DNA from: a virus
Lineage: Duplodnaviria; Caudoviricetes
Reading direction: 5' to 3' (one strand)
Virus record (IMG/VR): IMGVR_UViG_3300005512_000001
Coordinates: 256,001-320,000 of that record
DNA length: 64,000 bases
Shown: positions 49,935 to 57,727 of the stretch, one piece after another
Layout: each line of letters begins with the position of its first letter
How positions within the stretch are numbered: the stretch's first letter is position 1
Program-made: the position numbers and the translations under genes
The notes under the pieces: generated by a model
The model's input: only the letters and a program-made list of their open reading frames with translations
Database searches by the model: none
What the model was told of the DNA's origin: nothing

Positions 49935-50042
49935 TTAAGAAATATGGTTCGCTAGGAACTGTATTAGATTTTTGAAAATTAATAGTTTTTTGCCCATTGT
50001 TCGTGCACCACGAGACGACGAGCGATCGTTGTCTCGTGGAAC

Positions 50043-50116
50043 GGAGATGTAGCTGAGACGGTTTAGCGGTTGGTTGAAGCCCAGCGACTACGCAGGTTCG
50101 ATTCCTGTCATCTCCA
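50043..50116 (+). tRNA. tRNA-Phe(GAA)
   Basis: GGAGATG/CATCTCC; GTTGG-TTGAAGC-CCAGC. Confidence 0.85.
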
Positions 50117-50318
50117 TTATGGAAAATAGAAACATGCAATACGAACGGTGGCTAGCGGAGCTAGACCAAGAATGCAGGAAGCACACGGGATACCCATGGA
50201 ATGCAATCTGCCATGATGCTAGTTTAGCCCGCGAAGCTTATTTGAAAGGTGAAACGACATCTAAGTTTATAGATGTTTTTATGGCGGAACATAAGCCATG
50301 TCTTGATTGGCACTTTTA

Positions 50319-50407
50319 GGATGGGTGGCAGAGTGGGCGATTGCGACAGATTGCTAATCTGTTAGGCCCCGCAAAGGGTCTCGCGGGTTCGAATCCCGCC
50401 TCATCCG
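50319..50407 (+). tRNA. tRNA-Ser(GCT)
   Basis: ACAGA-TTGCTAA-TCTGT; long variable arm. Confidence 0.92.
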
Positions 50408-50451
50408 TGTAAATGGTAAATGGTCAGTGAATAAATATAGGTATTAGCACC

Positions 50452-50919
50452 ATGGATGTTAGCACTAAAAAGCTTAAAATCAGCTGGACTGTAGCCCACG
50501 ATGAGTTATTGCATGTACGCAGAATGTACAAATTTCTGAGAACTCCATATGATTTCGAAGAAGGGCTATTGTCTTGTGAAATGGTAAACGACTGTGGGCT
50601 TGCATCACTTATTGAAGTAGATGATATGTTGGTTGCAAGCGAAGATATAGCCGACCCCGACTGCGATAAAATTGTTGTCGTTGTACGGATAGATGGTTCG
50701 GTTATCGCTACTAATGGCGATCAATATTGGATCAAGCCATATTCTAAACCATTAAGATTGACAACTGAAGACCAATCGTATATTAATTCGCATATTGGAA
50801 GTCTTAGTGTGGCGAATATAAATGATTTATTCGTTGAGGACTTGATTCTAAGTATTAATAACGAATTGAAGATGGAGATTGACCGCCAGGTTGTTGCTCC
50901 CCCTTTGGGCTTGTTGTGA
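50452..50919 (+). CDS. Hypothetical protein
   Basis: ORF between tRNAs. Confidence 0.55.
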   Translation: MDVSTKKLKISWTVAHDELLHVRRMYKFLRTPYDFEEGLLSCEMVNDCGLASLIEVDDMLVASEDIADPDCDKIVVVVRIDGSVIATNGDQYWIKPYSKPLRLTTEDQSYINSHIGSLSVANINDLFVEDLILSINNELKMEIDRQVVAPPLGLL

Positions 50920-51132
50920 GAAGGAATCAGATGAATCTCTTGACTAAATATAAGTGGCTATATGGCTTCGGTTGGGCAATCAAGGTTTTTATGCTTGCTT
51001 GGGGCTTTGCTTGGATTGGTCAACTGTGTGGTCCTGGTTAGTGGCAGTTCTTGGTCTTATTGCTTATGTGCTCATATCAACCATAATTTGTGAAATATGT
51101 AATAGAATACACGACCTTAGTTAGGCCCAAGG

Positions 51133-51363
51133 ATGATTGAAACATTCGTAGAACAATATCTTAAGGGGCAAATTGGCCTATCACAGATTGATGATTTTGT
51201 CGATCAGTGGCATGATAGCGATGATGATAGGCCAATTGAGGAATTTCTTGGTTTGACGCTGGAAGAATACGCCGCATGGGTTGAAGACCCGCAAAGCCTA
51301 GGCCGACTACTGCCAAGTCCGTCTAAAACCGAGAATGAGATGAACCGGCATCGAAGGCAATGA
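51133..51363 (+). CDS. Small acidic hypothetical protein
   Basis: IDDFVDQWH..FLGLTLEEYAAWV. Confidence 0.55.
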   Translation: MIETFVEQYLKGQIGLSQIDDFVDQWHDSDDDRPIEEFLGLTLEEYAAWVEDPQSLGRLLPSPSKTENEMNRHRRQ

Positions 51364-51408
51364 GTGCTGATAGTCCAGACCGGTTTTGCTAGGTCTGCAA
51401 GAACATAG

Positions 51409-51495
51409 GGAGGGTTGGCAGAGTCAGGTTTATTGCACCCGTTTCGAATACGGGAAGGCCGCAAGGTCTCGTGGGTTCGAATCCTTCACCCTCCG
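51409..51495 (+). tRNA. tRNA-Ser(CGA)
   Basis: CCCGT-TTCGAAT-ACGGG; imperfect T stem. Confidence 0.85.
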
Positions 51496-51515
51496 TTTAA
51501 CCTGACCACAAAAAT

Positions 51516-51589
51516 GGGAGTGTAACTCAATTTGGTAGAGTAACCGCCTTTTAAGCGGTAAGTTCTGGGTTCGAGTCCCAGCACTCCCA
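51516..51589 (+). tRNA. tRNA-Lys(TTT)
   Basis: ACCGC-CTTTTAA-GCGGT. Confidence 0.95.
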
Positions 51590-52430
51590 TTAATCCTTTG
51601 GAAACACAATTATGACATGTGGAAACACAATTATGACATGCCTCGCGATTTATATTGTTGTGTTCGTGGTTTTTGGGATATATGCATTTATACAAACTCG
51701 GAGAATTGATAATCACTTTGACAAGCAAAATGCGGAATTGTGTGAGAAAGAGTTTGAAAATCCTGTGGTTGTAGGCTTTGTGCGAATTGTTGGCGATAAG
51801 ATATTACACGACGTTAGCGACCCAAGCAACAAAAATGTTGCGATATTGGTAGATTCAGGGGCCACGCCTGCTTTTCTTTCGTGGAAATTTGCAATAAGTA
51901 AACACCGCGTTTATCGCATGTCTTTAATAGATAGTGATATGATATTGCACTATCACAAAAGAACTAAATGGCACGATAAAGTTTTCTCCCCTGTTATTAA
52001 GAATTTTGTAGAACACCAATGCTTACGCGGCATATAATAATGGGATTGCATCGTTGGTCGCCTCCTTATTTTGTGCCAGGATGCGATGACCCTGATGCAG
52101 AGCAAGTGTTCATAATACTATCGGTGACTGCACCAAAAAATGTTCGTAACTTAGAATCCACTCGCGTCGTCAGATATGTTGCTACTGATGGCGATGAATT
52201 CTATGAGGCCGAACCGGTTTATTTTCCGCATGTCTATGGCGAGGTTCATTTTAAGACTTATTATAGACTAAAATATGATGTTTCGCTCTATTATCATCCG
52301 CCATTTATGGTATATGGTCGCAAGCTCGATAGTGGTGAAGTTCATTATATCAAAGAGATGGTTGCAGAATGGTTAGACCAATGAAAGCCCACAGAAACTA
52401 CAAAATAAAGAAATAATAAAAGAAGAACAA

Positions 52431-52504
52431 GCCTCGGTAGCTCAGCGGATAGCAGCATCTGTCTTCTAAACAGAAGGTCCCAAGTTCGAATCTTGGTCGA
52501 GGTA
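52431..52504 (+). tRNA. tRNA-Arg(TCT)
   Basis: TCTGT-CTTCTAA-ACAGA. Confidence 0.92.
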
Positions 52505-52636
52505 TTCGAGTGAATTCAATCATGGCAAGAATAGAGTCGCTGTGATTTGATGTGCTGCATTTGTCATAGGCCCGAACATATTAATCGCGATTTATGGGAA
52601 CCACTCAAAGATATTCTAAAATTATAGGAATGTCTT

Positions 52637-53455
52637 ATGAAACCAGAAGGTCCATTACGTGTTTTAATCGAGATGCTGCTCGCAGAGGATGAGATAACGC
52701 ATACATCACCAAAAGATGGTGGTTATATTGCGGTCAGAGCCGAGAATGAGTTTGACTTAGAAATTGATTATTATATGGATGCTGACACAAAGGGCCGGTG
52801 GCACGACACGGATGCTGGTAGGCCAGCGGCACCAGAGATGCAGAGCAAACTTGATACTTTGGTCGCAGCCGATCCAAACACATCGACACTTCTTAAAAGA
52901 ATGAAGATGGATGCCGCCGGAATGAGTCTAGACCCAACTCATCTTCCTAACCCAGATGTTGAGGGAACCGAAGAGTGGTGGCCTACATATGCCAATAAAA
53001 TTTTCGATTGGCATGAGTCGGCCAGGCTGCAAAATCTTCCTCAACCTTTGCGAGGAATTTTTAAAGGCAAGTGGGCTGTGCTAGACATGGACCGCGATTT
53101 TGTTGTCATACTGCCACTACATAACGAAGTGAGAGGGCGATCACAATACAAAGGTGTGTATATTTTTAGGACAAATGCACACCAAAGTTTCCCACGATAT
53201 GGGATTACGGAGGGTGAGAATTTTATCTCATACGTCCCGAAACTATCGGTATCTGATGACGAACTAGAAAAAGAAGGCTTGCTGTTGGTAAGAAAGACTG
53301 CCGTTAGCCTTGACCTGGGCCGGATGTTGAGGCGTGATTATCACATCGGGAATATTACCCAGAACTTGGAAGAGTTCGATAATTATGCTAAGCTTAGAGG
53401 GCATGTTGATGAAATCCCTGAATCAATCAAGCGTAGCGATATGCTCTCGGACTAA
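52637..53455 (+). CDS. Hypothetical protein
   Basis: 272-aa ORF after CAAAGATA motif and AGGA RBS. Confidence 0.6.
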   Translation: MKPEGPLRVLIEMLLAEDEITHTSPKDGGYIAVRAENEFDLEIDYYMDADTKGRWHDTDAGRPAAPEMQSKLDTLVAADPNTSTLLKRMKMDAAGMSLDPTHLPNPDVEGTEEWWPTYANKIFDWHESARLQNLPQPLRGIFKGKWAVLDMDRDFVVILPLHNEVRGRSQYKGVYIFRTNAHQSFPRYGITEGENFISYVPKLSVSDDELEKEGLLLVRKTAVSLDLGRMLRRDYHIGNITQNLEEFDNYAKLRGHVDEIPESIKRSDMLSD

Positions 53456-53899
53456 TTCGAACATCCGACTACAAAAGGCAGTATTTTTGCACAACGATAA
53501 GTCAAATCTGGCATGATCTAATTTATCTCTATGCATCGCATAAACCATACCATCATAGATGCAAGTGGTGTGTCGTTTAGTATAATAATGACCTCTTGTT
53601 GTCGTAAGTATTACTGGGACGACGATATAATTAGGATTGTCGATGCATTGTGTGGCATGAAGTAAAGTTTTCGTTGCTAGTCTGGCTGATATGCCATCGA
53701 TATGTTTGAAGGCGACCAGAATTACCCTGTCGTAGACCATGCTGCGTAGTGATAGCGAGCTGTTTCGACAGCAATTTTTTAGGAGAAACTTATGACGGAC
53801 TATTATGTATTGTTGTTAGGAGGTTGGACACGTATTCCAACTCTCAGAGATGTTGCATTGCTGTTTACTCACGGCAAAACGGTCATACTTGGCCCAACC

Positions 53900-53983
53900 G
53901 TGTCGGTTGAGCAATTGGTAGCTCCCCAGGCTGTAAACCTGGTGTCCTAACGGACTATGTAGGTTCGAGTCCTACTCGACACA
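53900..53983 (+). tRNA. tRNA-Tyr(GTA)
   Basis: CCAGG-CTGTAAA-CCTGG; long variable arm. Confidence 0.9.
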
Positions 53984-54082
53984 TTCACCTACCCCTTGTG
54001 CGGAAAAATATGACCCGTAAGGGCAGATGGTCCGCAAGGATACGGCCGCTAGGGTACTGCTGCATTTGGGAGTGGGTGATTT

Positions 54083-54165
54083 GCGAGAGTGGCGGAATGG
54101 CAGACGCGCAGGTCTCAGGCACCTGTGTCCATTGGGACGTGGGAGTTCGACTCTCCCCTCTCGTA
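54083..54165 (+). tRNA. tRNA-Leu(CAG)
   Basis: CAGGT-CTCAGGC-ACCTG. Confidence 0.92.
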
Positions 54166-54169
54166 TTGT

Positions 54170-54241
54170 GCGTCTATAATTCAATGGTAGAATACCTGCT
54201 TGCCAAGTAGGACGTTGTGAGTTCGAGTCTCGCTAGACGCT
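54170..54241 (+). tRNA. tRNA-Gly(GCC)
   Basis: CCTGC-TTGCCAA-GTAGG. Confidence 0.93.
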
Positions 54242-54348
54242 TAATACTGAGTGATATCGTGGCACGCATATAAAAGGTTATGTAGCCTAGCATCTGTTGT
54301 GGCAGCTACAATAAGCGGGGGTCAAATATATGACGAGAGGACCATAAC

Positions 54349-54645
54349 ATGACGATTACAATAATCAGTTTGTATTCTGGCCATAGCGCTGATCATTTTG
54401 TTGGTGCTGTATTAGGGTCGTTGACCGATGAGCAAAAGCAGGCTATTGTTAGTAAGCATTTGCAAAATATTGGGCGTGGTGAAGTCGGAGAAGATGTGGA
54501 TGAGATCGGATTCGCAGAAGTAGAAGTGGGTCCTGAGATTCCGCGCGAGCTAGCGGTCTGGACGCAAGACGGTTTTGAATCTGGCGATATGTCGGGGGAT
54601 GTCGAGGCTTTTGGGCCAGAAGATATAGCTGGGAATATGGATTAG
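54349..54645 (+). CDS. Hypothetical acidic protein
   Basis: GAGG RBS. Confidence 0.55.
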   Translation: MTITIISLYSGHSADHFVGAVLGSLTDEQKQAIVSKHLQNIGRGEVGEDVDEIGFAEVEVGPEIPRELAVWTQDGFESGDMSGDVEAFGPEDIAGNMD

Positions 54646-54796
54646 AATGGACTGGCAAAAGCGATACAAGCTGTAAACTTGATGGCAGTGTTATATTGAT
54701 GCATTTGCATCTGTGGCAAGTTGGAGCAATACCAGCCATACTGAACAGCTGTAAGAGCTGGATATTCTGGGGTTGCCGTCAGAGCAACCCTTCTCT

Positions 54797-54868
54797 GGGC
54801 CGTTAGCTCAATGGTCGAGCATCGCCCCGATAAGGCGAAGGTTAGTGGTTCAAGCCCACTACGGCTCA
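54797..54868 (+). tRNA. tRNA-Ile(GAT), with C33
   Basis: TCGCC-CCGATAA-GGCGA. Confidence 0.9.
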
Positions 54869-54957
54869 TTGTAACCTGAGAGGGTGTGGGGGTAGTGCGT
54901 TATGCTTGCGTTGGTTAGGTCTGGCTCTGCAGAGAGAGCGTGTATCAGGTTACAAAA

Positions 54958-55030
54958 GGCAACGTAGCTCAATTGGTAGAGTACCCGTTTCATGTGCGGG
55001 TTGTTGCAGGTTCGAATCCTGTCGTTGCTA
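54958..55030 (+). tRNA. tRNA-Met(CAT), identity uncertain
   Basis: CCCGT-TTCATGT-GCGGG. Confidence 0.85.
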
Positions 55031-55035
55031 GTTTC

Positions 55036-55108
55036 GCCTCCGTAGCTCAATGGTAGTAGCAGATGCCTCTTAAGCATAAGGTTGCAGGTTCAAGTCCTGC
55101 CGGGGGTA
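55036..55108 (+). tRNA. tRNA-Lys(CTT)
   Basis: ATGC-CTCTTAA-GCAT. Confidence 0.9.
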
Positions 55109-55191
55109 GTTGTCTTCGAACAACGAGCGTCGCATAATGTGGCGACGATTGCGTTGTATTTAATTTTCCCCTTTGAGAAAGGTGGTGTGTG

Positions 55192-56499
55192 ATGAGGACG
55201 AATGTAAAGAACAAGTACGCCGAGAAGACGCACGAGGGTGCACCTGCTGCAAGGTTGAACGCCGAACAGGAATTGCGAAGGTCTGTTATGTCGTGCCTTT
55301 TGTGGGAGAGAACCTTCTACGAGAATGGCGTGGGCATCGCAGAGCGGATCGCTGATTTAGTGCCGCACGTAGCACCAGAAAAGGTCGCTGCGATGGCAAT
55401 CGAGGCACGTAGCGATATGAACTTGCGACACGCCCCGTTGTGGTTGGTCCGTTCGATGGCGGCTACCAAGACGCACAGGAGTTTGGTCGCTGATACGCTG
55501 GAAGCAGTAATTCAGCGTCCAGACGAACTGACTGAGTTCTTGTCTCTGTACTGGAATGGCAAGAAGACACCGCTTGCGGCTCAGGTCAAGAAGGGATTAG
55601 CAAGAGCATTCCGTAAGTTCGACGCTTATCGGTTGGCGAAGTACAATAGGGACAATGCCATCAAGCTTCGCGATGTCCTGTTCCTGACTCACGCCAAGCC
55701 AAAGGATGCCGAGCAGGCTGCAGTTTGGAAGAAGCTGGTCGATGGCACCTTGGAAGCCCCAGATACTTGGGAAGTTGCACTTTCGAGTGGTGCGGATAAG
55801 CAAGGTTCTTGGACCAGATTGCTTGAGGAAGGGAAGCTTGGTGCCTTTGCGTTGCTGAGGAACTTACGCAATATGCAGAAAGCAGATGTCGATGAGGACT
55901 TAATCAAAGACGCATTGGCCAAGGCTGATGTTTCCAGGATTTTGCCATTCCGATTCATCGCAGCTGCTCGTTATGCACCAGATTTTGAACCTGCTCTTGA
56001 GAAGGCGTTATTCAGGAGCTTGGAATCTCAGAAGCTTGTTGGTAAGACCATCGTATTGGTCGATGTTTCTGGTTCTATGAACTGGGAGCTTAGTTCGAAG
56101 TCCGATATGTTACGGATGGACGCGGCCTGCGGTCTTGCGATGGTATTGAGGGAATTGTGCGACGATATTAAAGTGTTCAGTTTCTCAACCCGCACTGCCA
56201 AGGTACCGGCCCGCAGAGGTTTTGCGCTACGTGATGCAATCGTAAGGTCGCAGCGGCATAGCGGAACTTATCTTGGTGGGGCAGTTGACACCGCCAATAA
56301 AGAGAAGTACGACCGATTGGTGGTAATCACGGATGAGCAGTCGCACGATGTTGTGCCATCGCCAAAGAGCCGTGGATACATGATTAATGTTTCGTCGGAC
56401 AAAAATGGAGTTGGATACGGTGATTGGACTCGCATTACCGGATGGAGCGAAGCGGTTGTGCGATATGTAATGGAACTTGAAAACGCCAAGTTCGTGTAG
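55192..56499 (+). CDS. rsr: Ro60/Rsr-like TROVE + vWA RNA-binding protein
   Basis: THEGAPA, LLWERTFYE, IQRPDELTEF, YRLAKY, LRDVLFLTHAKP, TWEVALS, ALLRNLRNM, LPFRF, DVSGSM, VITDEQ. Confidence 0.93.
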   Translation: MRTNVKNKYAEKTHEGAPAARLNAEQELRRSVMSCLLWERTFYENGVGIAERIADLVPHVAPEKVAAMAIEARSDMNLRHAPLWLVRSMAATKTHRSLVADTLEAVIQRPDELTEFLSLYWNGKKTPLAAQVKKGLARAFRKFDAYRLAKYNRDNAIKLRDVLFLTHAKPKDAEQAAVWKKLVDGTLEAPDTWEVALSSGADKQGSWTRLLEEGKLGAFALLRNLRNMQKADVDEDLIKDALAKADVSRILPFRFIAAARYAPDFEPALEKALFRSLESQKLVGKTIVLVDVSGSMNWELSSKSDMLRMDAACGLAMVLRELCDDIKVFSFSTRTAKVPARRGFALRDAIVRSQRHSGTYLGGAVDTANKEKYDRLVVITDEQSHDVVPSPKSRGYMINVSSDKNGVGYGDWTRITGWSEAVVRYVMELENAKFV

Positions 56500-56503
56500 T
56501 ATT

Positions 56504-56766
56504 TGACAATTAGTAGAGGCGACCGACGCTTAAGTCGGTAGGACGTGCTGTGAGGCAGCGACAGGTAGGTACGCCTGTTACACTACCTCCGACTCCATCA
56601 ACGCAGATGGTTTAGGGAGGGAGCGAAAAGACCCGTAAAGGGAGACACAGCCAGGTCTGTCAGTCAGGGATGGGTGAGTATGACACCCACACAGTACCTT
56701 ATGGCTTAGACAGTAGGGAATGCGTTACCCGAGATCCCGATAAAGCTGCCCATCTATTAGTTGTCG
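56504..56766 (+). ncRNA. Unidentified ~263-nt multi-stem structured RNA
   Basis: 14-bp closing stem TGACAATTAGTAGA/TCTATTAGTTGTCG enclosing at least six hairpins. Confidence 0.65.
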
Positions 56767-56981
56767 CTAAATGGAGAGTTGTCATGAACAAAGACGAGTT
56801 TCACAAAAGACAGCAGGGTTATCGCTTCTGGTTAGTATTGGGCGGTATGGCGGCTTCAATTTTGGGCTTGGAAGATATGGAGTTCGGCTTGTGCTAGGTT
56901 GGATTTCGATTTTCCTGGCCACTGTTGATTTGGACTACGTATTGAGTTTGTCTACGAAGCAAAACGCAGAACAATGATATT

Positions 56982-57118
56982 CCAACGATGGTGTAGGTGA
57001 CAGTTACTTCGATTTAGGATCGAGTGGTTGTGGGTTCGAATCCCACCCGCCCTTAATCGGGGCGGTAGCTCAATTGGCAGAGCGCTAAAACTTTCTGTTG
57101 CCGCCTGTTCCTCGTTGG
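56982..57118 (+). ncRNA. Y-RNA-like unit 1: scaffold + permuted tRNA with UAG anticodon arm
   Basis: CCAACGA/TCGTTGG; GGTGACAG/CTGTTGCC; anticodon arm, T arm, closed acceptor hairpin, D arm in that order. Confidence 0.85.
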
Positions 57119-57131
57119 TACTTTTGAGATT

Positions 57132-57198
57132 AACCGATGGTGAAGAATACGGCTACTTCTATTTAAGAACCAAACCCGTGTTCGCTTGTTCCTCGGTT
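57132..57198 (+). ncRNA. Y-RNA-like unit 2: minimal scaffold
   Basis: AACCGA/TCGGTT; GAATACGG/CCGTGTTC; conserved GATGGTGAAG, TACTTC, GCTTGTTCCTC. Confidence 0.75.
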
Positions 57199-57210
57199 TT
57201 TCATAAAGTT

Positions 57211-57297
57211 GGTTGATGGTGTAGGAATCGGTTACTTCTACCAAAACCGGCCTCAAAAGCTGGTACTTGAAAAACCGATTTCGCATGTTCCTCAACC
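57211..57297 (+). ncRNA. Y-RNA-like unit 3: scaffold + isolated CAA anticodon-like stem-loop
   Basis: GGTTGA/TCAACC; GGAATCGGTT/AACCGATTTC; ACCGGC-CTCAAAA-GCTGGT. Confidence 0.78.
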
Positions 57298-57304
57298 TAC
57301 AATC

Positions 57305-57445
57305 ATAGCTGATGGTGTAGGATACGGTTACTTCGACTTGTAATCGAGAGGTTGCGGGTTCGAATCCCGTCCATTTGTCGAGAGACATTTGGTAGCTCAA
57401 CTGGTAGAGCGCTAAAATTTCCGTTTCCGCTTGTTCCTCGGCTAT
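57305..57445 (+). ncRNA. Y-RNA-like unit 4: scaffold + permuted tRNA with UGU anticodon arm
   Basis: ATAGCTGA/TCGGCTAT; TTCGA-CTTGTAA-TCGAG; T arm; GAGA-capped acceptor hairpin; D arm. Confidence 0.85.
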
Positions 57446-57452
57446 TCATTAT

Positions 57453-57596
57453 TTAGTTGATGGTGTAGAGAACAGTTACTTCTATAAAACGGTAGGTTAC
57501 AGGTTTCGAGCCCTGTCCGCCTCAATGAGGCGGTAGCTCAACTGGAAGAGCAATCGTGGCATAAGCCAAGTCTGTTTTCGCCTGTTCCTCAACTAA
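57453..57596 (+). ncRNA. Y-RNA-like unit 5: YrlA-like (T arm, acceptor hairpin, D arm, no anticodon loop)
   Basis: TTAGTTGA/TCAACTAA; GAGAACAG/CTGTTTTC; CCGCCTC-AAT-GAGGCGG; TAGCTCAACTGGAAGAGC. Confidence 0.82.
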
Positions 57597-57603
57597 TTAT
57601 TTT

Positions 57604-57725
57604 GCTGCGTTAGCTCAATAGGTAGAGTGCTGGGACCTTTATCCCAGGTATGAGGAGTCGCAACTTCGTTGGTCCTAGGCACCGGGTGTTGTTGTTGGCT
57701 TAAGGTTCGAATCCCTCACGCAGCA
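57604..57725 (+). ncRNA. Aberrant tRNA-like RNA with ~50-nt variable region and non-canonical anticodon loop
   Basis: GCTGCGT/ACGCAGC acceptor; D arm; CTGGGA-CCTTTA-TCCCAG; GGTTCGAATCC. Confidence 0.65.
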
Positions 57726-57727
57726 TT

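Noticed and set aside
51599-51640. 21-bp tandem duplication TGGAAACACAATTATGACATG
   Set aside because: Only two copies at a gene start; most simply a slippage duplication.
49906-55077. Small ORFs overlapping tRNA genes (e.g. 49906..50139, 53972..54184, 54642..54869, 54859..55077)
   Set aside because: Their translations contain antisense-tRNA signatures (GFEP, GLEP); they are spurious.
56503-56535. TTGACA as a sigma-70 -35 box
   Set aside because: There is no -10 hexamer at the proper spacing, and the bases belong to the closing stem of the structured RNA.
56670-56977. ORFs 56670..56897 and 56771..56977
   Set aside because: The first overlaps the structured RNA. At best they represent a short or frameshifted membrane-peptide gene starting near 56784, which is not supportable.
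57028-57400. ORFs 57028..57216 (+) and 57053..57400 (-), and calling units 1, 4 and 5 ordinary tRNAs
   Set aside because: The ORFs are shadows of RNA genes. The arms are in permuted order with a looped acceptor stem, so the units are not standard tRNAs.
57305-57445. Idea that the Y-like units supply isoacceptors missing from the tRNA array
   Set aside because: Thr(TGT) (60485) and Leu(CAA) (58543) exist as normal genes. Only Leu(TAG) is absent, and the array continues beyond the window.
56982-57596. CRISPR array or simple repeat reading of the recurring GATGGTGTAG/TGTTCCTC words
   Set aside because: Conserved words are short and split across both ends of covarying stems, unit lengths vary from 67 to 144 nt, and no cas genes are present.
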